A DNA stretch of 64,000 nt from Phyllobates terribilis (taxonomy: Eukaryota), in the NCBI RefSeq assembly GCF_046119375.1, contig NW_027362763.1, positions 72,168,001-72,232,000 of the forward strand. The letters run 5' to 3'. Under the pieces are notes generated by a model. That model was not told the origin of the DNA. It saw only the letters and a program-made list of their open reading frames with translations, and made no database searches. This document shows, one piece after another, positions 44,286-60,000 of this stretch (the first letter of the stretch is position 1; every line of letters begins with the position of its first letter). Position numbers and translations under genes: made by a program.

Positions 44286-47200
44286 TATATTTGTGTCTGA
44301 ACAGTCAGGGAGACAATATTACTATTTTTTTATGTAAAAAAGGCCAAAAGCTGGATAATACAGAGATTTGAACCGTGCAACTGCAAAACCAAACTTCTAG
44401 TTATCTGGCCTACACCAGAATATTTTAAACAGATATATTTGTGTCTGAACAGTCAGGGAGACACTATTACTGTTTTTTTTATGCAAAAAAGGCCAAAAAC
44501 TGCATAATACAGAGATTTGAACCGTGGAACTGCCAAACCAAACTACTAGTTATCTGGCCTACACCAGAATATTTTAAACAGATATATTTGTGTCTGAACA
44601 GTCAGGGAGACACTATTACTGTTTTTTTTATGCAAAAAAGGCCAAAAACTGCATAATACAGAGATTTGAACCGTGGAACTGCCAAACCAAACTACTAGTT
44701 TTCTGGCCTACACCAGAATTTTTTAAACAGATATATTTGTGCTTGAACAGTCATTGAGATACTATTACTGTTTTATTAATGTAAAAAAGGCCAAAAGCTG
44801 GGTAATACCGAGATTTGAACCGTGCAACTGCAAAACCAAACTTCTAGTAATCTGGCCTACACCACAATATTTTACACAGATATATTTGTGTCTGAACAGT
44901 CAGGGAGACACTATTATTGTGTTTTATGTAAAAAAGGCCAAAAGCTGCATAATGCAGAGATTTGAACCGTGGAACTGCAAAACCAAACTTCTAGTTATCT
45001 GTCCTACACCAGAATATTTTAAAAATATATATTTGTGTCTGAACAGTCAGGGAGACACTATTACTGTTTTTTTTATGTAAAAAAGGCCAAAAGCTGGATA
45101 ATACTGAGATTTAAACCGTGGAACTGCAAAGCCAAACTTCTAGTTATCTGGCCTACACCAGAATATTTTAAACAGATATATTTGTGTCTGAACAGTCAGG
45201 GAGACACTATTACTGTTTTTTTATGTAAAAAAGGTCAAAAGCTGGATAATACAGAGATTTGAACCGTGCAACTGCAAAATCGAACTTCTAGTTATCTGGC
45301 CTACAACAGAATATTTTAAACAGATATATTTGTGTCTGAACAGTCAGGAAGACGCTCAATTTTTTTGGGGGGGGCCGGGGAAATACCAAAAGGTTAATAA
45401 GACATGTATTTGTACAGTCTGACTGAGGGAAAAAAATACAGGATTTAGATGAAAAAAAAATAATTTTTCCTGGCCCCTGAGACCGGGGGATAAGTCTAGC
45501 AATTTGACCAACAGGAGCACACAGGACTGTAATGCAGTGTTTGTTGGTATAACCACTGCATCTCCTATACAGCCAGCCTGCCTGCCTGATATCTGGGATG
45601 GATATTATTCCTGAGAAGGACTGTTTGTTTGATTTGGTAGGCTTTAGAGACCCTGCACTAACTATTTTGCAGTATAAATCTCTCCCTAGCTATGGAGCAC
45701 TGACCCTACACTGTCTGATCCGGAGCGACTGTGTCCAAGATGGCGGCGCTGGGTTGTAAATACTCGTGGTGATGCTGTGCGGCCAGCCAATCACTGTAAT
45801 GCCCACAAACAACATGGCTGTGGCATTACAGTGACTGGCTGGCAATCCCTGCATGTTCATTGGCTCTGTAAAGAGCACCAAACGTGCAGGGCGGAGACCC
45901 GAGCTCCTGCCCGAGTAACCCGGAAATGCTCGGTGCTCGCCGAACATCCCGAGTAGCGAGTTGCTCGGCGAGTATCGAGCAGTGTTGAGCATGCTCGCTC
46001 AACACTAATTATTACTAGAAATGAGAGAACATGTTCGGAAAATGTTTGTTTTTTTCAAATTTGGCATGAACATTGCACATTCGGATTCGTGATCGGACAC
46101 CAGAGTGTTTTTACTGAAAATTGGTCCAATTTAGCCAAAGTGCGGTAAATGATTGTGTTTCCATGACTGTAATTTTTATGACTTTGGCCAGGATAGTAGT
46201 GTGCTGTATGATGAGCGAAGGGGGGGTGGGGGAAGATGTGTTTGATGAGGGGACGGGTGAGGACAGGTCAGATTATCGGAGGGCTGTAAATCTTATTTTT
46301 TTTTCTTCTTAACCTAATGTATGCAGATTCCGACAAGCCAATCAGGGTGCAGGAACCATTCACAATGTCCAGACATAAGGGCTTGTGCCATTGGCTGCTG
46401 AAGTCACATGTCCCTCTCCACATAAAAAGTGGACATGTTGTTTTAGTGCCATTTTACCAGTGTAACAGCGCAGAGAGGCTGGTCCTGGATACTGAGATAT
46501 TGACGTAGTTATCTAGGCAGTTGCTTCTAAGTCAGATAGTTTAGATAGATAGGATCCTGTGTGGATGTGAAATTGACCTTCCAACATAGTAGTGTGGTCC
46601 AGATGGAAATAACAAGCCACACACATTTCAGCATAGAACTCTTTTGAGCTGATATAGTGCTCCATGCAGGAGTACACCTTTGAAATTATTTTTTTCTGTT
46701 CCTACTTTGCTATATAAAGTAGGTCACATCTGAGCTTGCAATTTATTTGCGCATAGATTCAGCAGTATCCAGAACTCATCCAAAGTAAAAAAAAATCTAA
46801 TTTCATCTGTTACTACAGTGATACTCACAGAAGGCCAGATCTCAGCTTGCAATTTTTTGGCGCATATATTCTACTGTATCCAGGCCTCATCCATAGTAAA
46901 AAAAACTCTAATTTCTTCTGTTACTAATGTGATACACACAGCAGGCCACATATGAGCTTGTAATTTATTGGCGCATATATTTTACTGTTTCCAGGCCTCA
47001 TCCACAGTAAAAAATCTAATTTCTTCTGTTATTAACGTGATACATACAGCAGGCCACATCTGAGCTTGTAATTTTTTGGCACATATATTCTACTCTGTCC
47101 AGGCCTCATCCACAGTAAAAAAAAAAATCTAATTTCTTCTGTTACTAACGTAATACATATAGCAGGCCACATCTGAGCTTGTAAGTTTTTGACGCATATA

Positions 47201-50200
47201 TTCTACTGTATACAGGCCTCATCCAAAGTAAAACATCTAATTTCTTCTGTTACTGACGTGATACATACAGCAGGCCACATCTCAGCTTATATTTTTTTGC
47301 ATCTGAGATTCTACTGTATCCAGGGCTCCACAGTAAAAAATCTAATTTTTTGTTGCTATTAGAGTGCTCCAACCACACTATCTGAGCAACATGAGTGTGA
47401 AAAATCGATGTCGTGGTGGAAGGAGGAATAGGCTTGGTGTTCAAGGTCTATGTGGGGTATGTGCTAATATTAGTGAAAGCTCTAGTGAACCAACACCTTC
47501 ACATTCTATCCAAAGACAACTGACAACTTATATTACTGGATGGGCTACTAAACTCTTTTTCTTCGGCAGCCACACAGCGGTACGCCTTGTAGATTAGGGC
47601 CAGAAAGAGCATGCGCTGCATCAAGTGACCTCTCCTCCTCTTATACCACCTCAACATCACACACAGTACAGTCCTCAGAGGTGGCACAGCAATTACCCTT
47701 GTTTAGTCCCTCATTACCACTCTCCAACTGCCTAGGTGACTGTAGGGAACCACAGATGGGCGAGTTTGCAGAGCTGTTCACACATTCTATGCAATGGGCA
47801 TCAGAGGTCTACTCCAAAGATTCACAGACTCATGAGGAGGAAAATATCTGCACAGATGGCCAAAATTTTTTTTCTGTTAGATCCAGGGCAGCAAGAAGTA
47901 GGATCCGAACAGAATCCTGACCCTTGTCACCAGATGTTAACCCCTGGGGGAAAAGTTGATCCTGATGAGACTCAGATACCTGAAGCACATGTGGATTATA
48001 CTGTGCTGTCAGGGCAAAAAGAGAAGGAGGGTTACTCCCAGGGTGAGGAAAGGGAGAACAGAGAGGATGATGATGAGGTTGTAGATCCCACTTGATGTGA
48101 ACCCAGAGGCACACAGCTGAGTAGGAGGAAGATGAGGAGGTTACGTTGCAGTTTCCCGTACAGACACTAGTAATGCAAACATTACAAGCACTGCATCCTC
48201 AGCCACAACTCTGGCTGTGGCCAGCACCAGTCGAGGGTCTGCAGCTTGCAGGGGGGGGGGGAGGGTTGCATAGCCTGCGACTTAAAACTGCAAAGGATGA
48301 GCCAACTCACTTAATCTGCCAACTTTGCAAAAATGACTTAGTACAGGCAAAAATTGCAAGAATTTGACTACTACATGCAAGAATCGGCACATTTACGATC
48401 AACATGCATTAGTCTGGCAATCTCAATGAGATAAAATGCGGACCAGTGGGCATCCCCAATCATTGGCCACCCTATCAATAGCATCTTCTGCTTCTTCCTC
48501 CTCTGTCACTGTGCCAAGTGTTGTCACACAGTTTTCCAGCCACAGAACCTCCACTTGTTTACTGACTCCAGTGAGGCTGAGTGAGAGCCCGTCAGCTGTA
48601 ATGGAAGTGGACATGCCTGCTGTTTTTGCTTCACCGAGCACACCACATCTTTCTCAATCCACCGTAACATCTCCGCCTTCACCTGCACGTCACGGTGGTG
48701 CATTTTGTCATGTTCACCCTACTTCATCCTCTTTCAGAAAAGCAGCCAGTCCTCAGTCCCGAAGTTGTGGTCATGTAAAAGTTTGTTTCATTCTACACAT
48801 GATTAAGCTAAATGGTTGAACTCCACCATCTCCAATCTGTTGGCCATGGAAATTCTGCCTTTCCAAATGGTGGATACAGACAGTTTCTGAAAGCTGATGG
48901 CTATTGCAGTCCCCCAGTACTAGTTGCCCAGTCACCATTATGAAATCTGTGCCTGTGGTATACCATCATTAAGAAATCTGTGCCTATGATACACCAGCAT
49001 GTCACAGACAACATCACCCGTTCCTTGACTAAATCTATGTCTGCCAGAGTGCATTTCACCACAAACACCTGGATGAGAAAACATGGCCAGGGGCATTTTA
49101 TCTCGCTGACTGGGCACTGGGTGACTCTGATGGCTGTGGGGGTAGGCAGGGATGGGGCTTCTCCACAAGTCTTGGAAGGCTTGCGGGACAAACTTCTGTA
49201 TCTAACCATAACTCTAATGCTTATGCATCCTCCACCTTCTCTAGGGCCTCCACATAAGCCTTCAACCTATGCCTTAATGAAACACACATTTCAACAGTGC
49301 AGAGAAAATCAACACAACCTCCGTACTGCGCAGCCAGGGCTCACCGCAATCAGGCAGTCTTAAAATTAATATGTCTTGGAAATCGCAGTCACACAGGTCA
49401 GGAGTTGTGGACAGCTCTCCAGGCTTAGTTTGAGCAATGGCTGTCTCCACTGAACCTGGAGCCAGGGAAGGCAATTTGTGACAATGGTGCAAACCTGGTG
49501 GCGAACCTACACTGGGGCATCCTCACACATGTGCCTTGCATGGCTTACATCCTCAACCTGGTGATACAGCAATTTCTCTGCCACTATCTCGGCCTGGATG
49601 CGCTGCTGCAGAAAGTAAGGTCACTGTATGCTCACTTCCCCACAGGTCATCGACTTGTATCGATACAGAGGTCTTTGACCATACCACCAGCTCATAGGAG
49701 ATGTGCCAAAACAGTGGAATTCCACTCTGCACATGTTGTAGCAACTGTGGCAGCAGCGGTGAGCTCTGATGCAGTATCTCATGTCGTGTAGCCTGGGCCA
49801 GCGCAGTATGGACGTGATGCAAATCACGTTTGCGGAGTTGGTAGAGATTAAAAACCTCTGCACCCTTTTGCAGAGTTTTAAAATGACTACTAAGATGGTT
49901 AGCAATGACGATGCTTTCATCAGCATTACTATTCCAGTCATCTAAATGCTGGCGCACACTTTAAATAGTATTCAAGAGGAGGCGATGGTCCTAGAGGAAG
50001 AGGAGAAAGTAGAGGAAGATGCAGAAGGGATAACGATGTCTCAGAGTTACACACTGTCATTACACAGACGGGTGTTTTACAGCGATCGAGGAGGGCTCGT
50101 GTTACCAGACAAACTGTTAGTGAAGGTGCAGTAGCATAGGAACAAATGGAGGAGGACGAGGAGGAAGAAGTGATGGGCGGGCAACAGTCAGGAGATGAAG

Positions 50201-53200
50201 AGGATAATGATCCATTCTCTGGTTGGCGGTAGGGGATGGAGGAAACAAGCATCAGTGTTACCCAGCAACCAAGACACCATAGGCTTGGACCTCATGGAAG
50301 AGCCTGACACACAAGCTCCTTCTTGCTGCACTATCCGCAACATGATCCTCATATAGTTAGAATTTGAAATATTGCTGACTACTGGATTGCCAGTCTGTTA
50401 TATCCACATTACAAGAGTAAATTATCCAGATGCTTACCACCCTGAAAAGGGACCCGCGCAAGTTGGAATATCGAAACACGTTTTTAGATCACCTAAAGGG
50501 AGGTTTTCCCTAAGACAGCAGTGAGGAACACAGTGTGCATCATAGCTCTAGATCTCCAACAAAGGGAATGTCAATTTGTCAATGCAAAAACATTAGCAGC
50601 AGCAGAAGCAGTGTAAGTGTCAGAACCAATTTCTGTAAGTTCTTTCACACATTTTTTAGGCCAGCTCGTGCACCAGCACAACAGAATACAAGTCTGACAC
50701 ATGGTGAACGACTGGAGAGGTTGGTGCAGGAGTATCTTAAGCTCAATATCATTACCATCAGAGAGGCTTTGGACCCTTTTACAATTTGGTCTTCAAAAAT
50801 GGACGAGTGGCCTGAGCTCACCTGTCATGCTTTGGAGGTTTTATCATGCCAAGCAGCCAGCTTTCTCTCAGAACGTGTCTTCAGCACTGTTCATGGTGTC
50901 CTGATGGATAAGCGCATCCAGCTGTCCCCTGAAAGAGCAGACTGCCTAACTTTCATAAAAATGAAGAAGCCAAGGACTTTTACACCCCAATTGCAGACTG
51001 TGCAGACTAGTAGATGGTGTATCTTTTAGTGTGCTGCATTGATCTCGCGTTATTGCAGTCTGTGATAGCTCTGCCTTGGCTTCTGTGCCTGCTGTTGCTG
51101 CTGTTGATGTCTGCCCATAATTGTTTAAAATGTGGAGACTCCTGATTGGGTTTCAATCTGCTGGGTGTCAGTCCTCCATTATACTATTTCTACTCTGGTG
51201 AAATTGATGCCACTTTTGTGGTGTCTGCCCATAATTTTTGGAAATGTGAAGGCTCCTAGTTGGGTCTCAATCTGCTGGGTTGGCTATAGTGGAAGAGGTG
51301 TCAGTCTTAATTATACTATTTCTACTCTACTGTAATTAATGCCACTTTGGTGGTGACTGCCCCTAATTTTTTGAAATGTGGAGACTCCTGATAGGATCTC
51401 CATATGATATGTTTTTTGCAGTGGAAAGGTACCAGTCCCCATTATACTATTTCTACTCTGGTGAAATTGATGCGACTTTGATTGTGCTTGCCCCTAATTT
51501 TTTGAAATGTGGAGACTACTGTTTGGGTCTCCATCTGGTGGGTTGACTGGAGTGGAAGGGTGTTGGTCCTCCATTATACTAGTTCTAGTCTGGTGAAATT
51601 GATGCCAGTTTCATGATGTCTGCATCAAATTTTTTGAAATGTGGAGACTACTAATTGGGTCTCCATCTGGTGGGTTGGCTGTAGTGGAAAGGTGTCGGCC
51701 CCCCATTATACTAGTTCTACTCTGGTGAAATTGATGCCACGTTGGTGGTGTCTACCCCTAATGTTTTGAAATGTGGAGACTCCTCATTGGGTCTCCATCT
51801 GATGTGCTTTTAGTAGTGGAAGGGTGTCAGTCCCCATTACACTATTTTTACTATGGTGAAATTGTGGTATCTGACCCTATTTGAGCTGTTTTGGCAGCTT
51901 GGCCCCTTTGAAGGTGTTGTGTATGTGTTTGGTTTTTCCTCTCATTGAATCCAATGGAGTTTGGATATGTTCGACGAATCATTCGACAAATTGTTTGGCG
52001 GACAACGGGAAGTTTGACAATCTGAAATGAATCGAACCTTTAAAGGTTCGCTCATCTCTAATTATTACTATGTAGTAAATTGAAAAAATAAAAGACGTGA
52101 TTCAAGAAAAAAACTTTATTGACCAAAAGATACAATTCACTAATACATTTACATTATTGCTTTCATAAAACACTTTAGTTCCTATTGGTTTCTATTATAA
52201 CTTTCAAAAATTAAGAAAAATATATGGTCTGATTAAGATATTTACCATTCTAAAGATTAAAGTGCCCATTCTGGCAATCATTTGGATTCCCAGAGGTTGA
52301 ATTCCTTTTAATTCAAAAGTTACAACTTATCCAACCAGAATACCCCTTTAAGGCTATAGTAGATTTAAATAATTATAAGTGCTCTATAGGGTAGGATTTT
52401 TTTCTTGCAACTAGTTTCTGTCTAATTCTTGGTCATGGTATCAATAAAAGGAGATATAATATATGTGACAATTAGTGATGACCGAGTGTGCTACTCTAGT
52501 GAGTACAGGGTGCTTGGGTATGCATCGAGTATCGTGGGTGCTGGAGTGCCATGCTTGAATCCCTGCCCCGCATGTTTTGCGGCTGTTAGATAGCCAATAA
52601 ACATGCAGGGATTGCCTGCCATACACTGTAATGCCGTAGCCATATTGGCAAGCAATCCCTGGGGACTCAAGTATGGTGCTTGAGCATCCGCAATACTCAA
52701 TGAGTACCCGAGCACCCCGTGCTCAATCGAGTAGTGGGCACATTTGCTCATCACTAGTGACAATACTTCAACCCAAGCTGTAAATGTGATGGACTGTTAT
52801 AGCCTGGTATTATGGTATATAACCAAGAAAGAAAGTAATGAGGGTATATATAATGACAATTGCCATATTCCTTACAATGGATTCGGAGAATCTATACATC
52901 TCTATGCTAGAAAACCATCATGTAGAACAGCCATATGTGACATGACCATTGGCCCAATCATGGCATCTGGCTAAAATATTGTGCCATTTACATCATGGCA
53001 TCACAACTCAGAAAAACAGAAACTAGAATTTTAGAAAGGTTGAAAAGTTGGCAAGGGAGACTATGATAAATGAAATAATATTGTACTGTTACTTTATTGT
53101 GGGATACATTGTACTACATGTTAAAAACGCCTCTAAAAATGTAAAAAAAAAACATAAAAAAATAAAATATGTTGCAACTAATATTGAAAGAAAAAAAGTA

Positions 53201-53951
53201 AGGATTCCCTGTAATATAGGTATGACTAATTATGAAACATCAGGAATATAATTTTCCATTTATAAATGTTATACTGATGTATGGTCATGAGCGTGGAAAA
53301 TAGTAGTTATAGTAATAGTAATAGTTTTTGCTAAATACATGAAAAATATTTTCTTATTAATGTTTTAATATATCTTTATGGGATCAGATCTCCATTTTTC
53401 TAACAAAAAGCTCTAAATTTTCAGCAAAGTCATTGAGTTAAGTGATTTAATTCCTTATGTCTGCAGTCACCAATAGAGGGAGCTCCAGAGTTTACTGCAT
53501 ACTGTGTACATATTTATCAATAACTGCTATGCTTCCCCTAGTGGTGACCCAAAGCAGCAAAAATGTTGTCAATCATTTCAATTTCTATATGGAGATTTTT
53601 AGCTCTGTAACAGAAGAACTGAGCTCCAAATGACCAAAAAAAGTAATGTTTTAAAATGAATCACAGAATGTTGAACCTAAAGTTGAAGATTTACTGTATT
53701 TAAAAGATTTATACACAATGGATGAATCCCCTTACGCTCCGGAAATAATCTAAAGTAGTTGTCAATGTAGAGTTCAATGGTATCTATTATAAAGGATCAT
53801 GAAGCATGGTACCTATAATAGTAAATGGTGCCTTTTTAGGTCATGCCTACCATATAACAATCATTTCCCTCGCATAAAGTCATATATATTGGGTATAAAG
53901 TTTATGGTATACTTTCCATACATTTTTTTGAGAAAAGTGACTGTGGCGACT

Positions 53952-54023
53952 TTATGCGTCTACACGGATTTTTCCATGTTCTCCTTGGTAATGGTGTTCT
54001 GCTTCTTCTTCTTCGAGGGGAAC
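53952..54023 (-). CDS. RHAG: RHAG exon 10, copy 3
   Basis: Identical to 25364-25435. Confidence 0.88.
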   Translation of the reverse strand, partial: VPLEEEEAEHHYQGEHGKIRVDA

Positions 54024-57000
54024 CTAAAAAAATCATATGGTTCCAATTAAACACATATGCAAAGACTAAGGTGTCCAAATTATATTTCTTTTATTTCAAT
54101 TATTTGGAGTAGTTTGCTCCTTTTTCATATGCTTATCTGAACTGCAGCTAATTTTACAATCATTTGTAACATTTTCAGTCTAATCTGTTTTCATTCATAT
54201 CAGGATATTTTTTGATATGTGAAGTGGTCGGGTATGTGGGAGAGGGGGTAAGGGAAGACGATCGAGTAGAGAGGGGGAAAATTGAGAGATAAGTAGTCAA
54301 GACAGTAGGGAAAAGGGGAAAAATAAAGGAGGGTATGGAGAGGAAAGGTTTAGACCAAGGCGAGAAAGGGATGAAAACATAGAATATGGATTAGTAAGGA
54401 CAGTAAAAAATGTTAGAAGAGAGGTTAGAGGAAAAAGAAGAGCTAAAAGGGAGAGAGGAGAGGGAATATGGGGAGAGAACGGGTTGAAAAGGGGAGGGGA
54501 AATGAAAGAGGAAAAAGAGTTGGGAAAAGGTAAAAACAGGAGAAAAAGGTGATAGGGACAGAAAAGAGAAGAGGAAGAAGAGTGATGGGAAGTTGGAAGG
54601 AAGAAGAGAAGTAAAAGAGATGAAGAGAGGAGATGAGTGTTGTGAGGTGGAGAGTGAAAGCGGTAAAGGGGAGGTTAGAAAAAGAGAGAAGAATTAAAAG
54701 GGAGAAAGGAGAGGTAAGAGGGTGAAAAAGTGAGATGAGCGGTGGGAGCGGAAAAGAAGAAAGAAAGATTAGAATACAGGTAAAAGCTGAAGAGAGGAGG
54801 TAAAAATAGCTGATTAGAGGGAAGAGGGAGAGAAAAGAGATTAAAAATGGATGGAGCTGTAAGTGGGCGAGAGAAAACGAGGTGGTATTTAGAGTGAGGG
54901 ATTGGAAAAAGATAAGGAGGAGTGGGGAGCTGATGGAAAGGAAGAACTCCATAGGAGAGAAGAGCTAAAGAAAGGAAAAAGAGAGGAGAGGTGAAAAAAG
55001 AGATGAGAGGTATGAAAGGAAGTGTAGAGAAGAAAGAGTTGGAGATGAGAAAGAAAAGGAGGAAAATTAGGGGAAGTTTGAAAGAGAAAGGAATGAAATG
55101 GAAAGGGGGAGGGAACAGAAGAAAAGATGTGAAAGGTAGAAAGAAAGATGAAAATAGTAAAAAGGAAACAGGAAAATAAGTGAAAAAAGAAAACGTGGTA
55201 GAGGAACAGGAAGGGGAGGAAAATAAAATAAGGAAGAGACAAGACACTAGTGTATATGTATGTGCTGTCTTTTAATTCACAGGAAAGTTGCTGTATTTTT
55301 TAGGAATGTAATTCTCTTAATTTACAATATCAGATTTCTGAACCAATATATTGTCAGAACAGTCTGGGAGCTGAGGAAACAGTGAGTGAGATAGTGATAG
55401 TGAAGCCTTGCTGTAATGCCTTTTAATAGGGTGACTGTACTTACTTCCCAGTAGACGGTGTCATCATAGCAGTTCTCATCAGGTGGTGGCCCCCAGAATG
55501 GACATTTTAAGATGAAGCCTAAAAAGTAGGGCACAAAACAACAGAGAAATGAAGGCCAGAAAAATAACTTTAGAAATATATTAAAAAAAAAAAAAACCTT
55601 CATGAACAAAGCTGGTTTTTGGACCTAAATTGATATTCCTAACTTAGACATTTATGGAATATTCACGAGATATGCCATAAATGTGTGCTGGATGCAAGGG
55701 AATGTGGTCTGCTGACTCCACTGTGCCAATTCCAGGCTATAACACTCTCCATGGAGATGTGACTGCACTCAGACCCCCACTGTGGAGAGAACCGAATACT
55801 GCATACTGGATCCATGGATCCTAAAATTATGCTCAATCTTAGACCTATAAATCCCATTATAAAAAAGCCCATTGAAAATGTCATCATATACAGTAAGGGA
55901 TCACTTAAGATGATGCTCTCTATTACACACCTGTGATGACGCCTCCAACAATAGCGATAGCGAAGGTTGCGGCTAACGCAGCTCCTTGATAAACAGGATA
56001 ATAGCTGGAAAATGTAAAAAATATTGTTATTATGCAGCAATTGAGTTTTTTTGCATAAAAATTGATTGTATTGGACTGTTATATGTACAGGTTTGACATC
56101 AGCCCCAGGGAAACCAGGGTAGATTTCATGTCTGTTTGGGCTTGGAGATTTAATGGGAATCTTAAAGGGAATCTATCAGAAGGTTTTTGCTATTTCTTCT
56201 GAGAGCAGCATAATATAGAGCAAGATATCCTGATTCCAGGGATATGTTACTTATTAGGCTGTTTGTTGTAGTTTCCATACAATTAGGGTTTTATCGCCAG
56301 GAAATTATCACTGACTAACTATGTCTCACATGCACAGCAGTCCAGCTAATATTTCTAACCCCGCCCCCACCATTGATTGGCAGCTTGCTGACAGTGTACA
56401 CAAGAAGCTGCCAATCAGTGATGTGGGTGGGGTTATGCACAGTTCAACATTTTGAGCACTGTTAGATCTGCAGCAGAAAAAACAGGGACGCTATCAAAAC
56501 TGCACCAGGCAGCACGGTAAGTGACACATCACTGGAATCAGAGTCTCTTGTCCTATATTATGCTGTTCTCAAATTAACGTACTATGCAAAAATTCATTGA
56601 CAGATTCCGTTTAAACATAGAAAAACAAATATCTGTAGATAAATCTTTGTATTTAACCTGCTGTCAAATGCTTTACAAAAAAATCTGTCTCTACTGCCAC
56701 CTTTTATTGTTAGACTTAACAGAGAGCTAATTTGCATATCTTTTCCCATAATGCTCTCAAAATCAATTTTATCACCACAAGGAGAAGCAATACCCCCTCC
56801 ACCCCATGCCCGAGAGCTTAGATGGAGGCTTTATAATTAAGAGATATAAACATGAAGGTGAAATAAAGTAAATATCAAATAATTTATGATTAAAGAGTGA
56901 TAAAAAGAAGAATAATTAATGATATATATTTACATTAATTTGGCCATACATGTGCTTGTTAATAAAAAAGAGCAAAGGGAGGAAAAAAATGCTAATGAGC

Positions 57001-60000
57001 CAAAACAATAATCGATGTAGAAAATGAACCTTTATTAAATAAAAACAATTATGGACTCGGCATGAGTCCAACTGTAAAAGAAAGACGTCACATACGGGAG
57101 GTGAGTGTAGTAGGGCTGTAAACTAATTAACATAAGTAAAATAATCAGTGATAGTGAGTCAACTTACAAACCGCATACCCATAATTGTCCTCTTCTGCTG
57201 GAATGATGCCAGCACCGAAGTGCGTTTCGCTCATTGCCTTCATCTGGGGGTGGTGGTGCCACCCCAGCAAAAAGTTGTAGAAATATGAATCTCTGCTAAT
57301 CAAACTTCTACATTTTGGAGTCATTTGGCCTTATATGCAATTTGTAGTCATGAGTCTAGTCCCAAACTGCCTTCAGCATCATGAGGCGAGAAGCATGGTG
57401 GCTACATGAACACAATTTGTCATGATGCCTTTAATTTAATGTTGTTCTCATTCTAAGAGCATGATTGTTTTTATTTAACAAAGGTTATTGATTATTTTTT
57501 TGGGCTCATGAACATTTTTGCTCTTTTGTGTTTCCCTTTTGGTTTGCCCTATACTTAGTCCTTTATTACATACCCTTAATTATATGTCACCAGACTTTCT
57601 ACTATTTCTATAGTTTATTTTTTTTCCTAGAGAGCTTATTTGATTTATTCAGTGCACTTTAAATCCATGAGGAGATATGTCTGAATGCCGAAATGATCAA
57701 AAATAATTTTTAGCATTGGAAGGAGAATTACTCACTTGGGTTTTGCTCCGAGGGCTGTGGCCACAATGCCTGCGATCCCACCCATAATTCCTGGTAAACC
57801 GTGAAGATTGTGCACTCCGCATGTGTCCTGAACCCTGAGCTTGGAAGCAAAAATTGGCTGAAAGAGATAATGGGGATGAGAACAAAGTTAATAAAGAGCA
57901 ATTTTACATAATGAAGTACTGAGCCAAATATTGTAGGGATCGGGGTAAAATTTGCATTCATAAAGTGAGCAACAAATGTCACCATTATTGTACTTCTAAG
58001 AAACAAGCCTAAGACTTAATCAATGAAAATTTAGGTGTCAACTTACAGTTAAGAACTTGAATCCCAGGGTAGAGATTATTCCTGCAATGAACCCAATAAT
58101 CATTGCGCCAAAGGGTCCAATGTTCATGTCAGCGCAGGTTCCTACCGCTACACCTCCGGCCAGAGTGGCATTCTGGATATGGACCTGGATGGAACAAGTC
58201 AATGAGTGTGAGACCCCAGGCTTGCTGATTATTTAGATATCATCATGGTTGATATGTCACAATTTATTTTTCAAGGCACTAGTTTTCAAAAATGTGAATT
58301 TAGTAAGTATAGATGTCACTCAAGATTCCATTTTTAGAAGGATGGAATCCCATAACTTCTACTGCACAGTCAAACTTCTGTTGTGGCCAACAGGGAATAG
58401 GAAGCATTGGAGAGTCAAACTGGATCCACTATAGTCTACAGTTAAGGGGAGATTGAGCCAGTGTGAGATAGGAAGAGGTAGGGATATCCTGATTTTTTTG
58501 GGATAAAAAAAAATTATGGGTAAAATTGCATAAAAAGAAAACATTCCCAGTACTGTAGAAAAACATATACATGTGAGAGCTTTTCCTAAATGTTTCAGAT
58601 TACATCTCAGTCCTTACTCAGATTCCGTCCGAAACATGTAGGAAAAGCTCTACACACAACATAAGAGCGAGGGTGGCTTGTTTTTCTAAAAAAAAGTAGG
58701 GGGATCTCTGTGAACAGCATAATGTAAGGGCAGAGACCCTAATTCCAGTGATGTATCACTTGTTGGGTTGCTTGGTGTAGCTTTGGCAAAATCACTGTTT
58801 TATCAGCAGGAGATTATCACCATATAGCTCTCAATATTCATGAGCTTTGAATAACCCCGCACCACCACTGATTGGTAGCTTTCTGCCTATGCACAGTGTA
58901 CACAGAAAGGTGCCAATCAGTCATGAGGGCGGGGCTATACACAACTCAGAATTTAGAAAACTGGTAGATCTGCAGCAGAGGAAGCAGGAATTTTATCAAA
59001 ACTGCAGCAAGCAGCCCCACAGGTGATACATCGCCATAATCAGGGTCTCTGCCACTACAACATAACCCTTTTTACAAAGCAAAAAACCTGCTTAAGGATT
59101 CATTTTAAGTCTGTCTGACTAAGATCTAAATATTATATATAAAATGTGTAGGGATCAGTAAGAATTGTGACATTATTTATGCAGTTTCTTACCATATCAA
59201 ACTTTCCTTTGTGTTCAACCAGACTGGAGAAGGCATAGGCAGTGAGCACACAGGCCGCCAGTGAGAAGTAGGTGTTAATAATGGCCATTTCCTGATCTGC
59301 TCCATGTTCGGCAATGGCAGAGTTGAAGCTTGGCCAAAACATCCACAGAAAGAGGGTTCCTGAAAATACATGAGTTTTCGACAACAATAACATCTTTGTG
59401 AGTGAATTTCATTGCTTTATAAACGATATATTGATTGATTAATTTATACATTCATTCATTCTGTTAATTTATAAAAAAAAAAACTGACAGCAGAGGAAAA
59501 AGAGTGTGCTGATCTTGTGGGGGAAGTGACCTTTTTCACAAATGTGGTTCTTTGAAGACATGGTTGAATATGAAAGGGACAATTCCAAAAAAATGTGAGT
59601 GGTTACAATATAATTTACCCAGTGAAACTATAGAAATTGTTGTATTCTGATCTTACAGGAGAAAGTGACCTTTTCTGTAGAAAATAAGGTTACATATCAC
59701 AGTGGCAATTTTGAGGCAGGAATACAATATGCTGAAGGCATAACATAAATAACTGTAGCTGCAACAGATGAGTTTACTGATCTTGCAGAAGATGAACAGG
59801 GAAGAGCCACAAGGCTCAAAAAATGAGTGATCCAGCCTTTGTCAAGGGGTGTTCAAGGGGTGGAGACTATGTTCACACCCCTTGACAAAGGCTTGTTTGC
59901 CGAAACGCGCGTCGGGGCTGGCGCGCATGTGGCAGTGACTGAAGGGTAATCTATCCATTGACAGGTAGACTATGTTTCCGATATATGTCTGTTATAAGTA

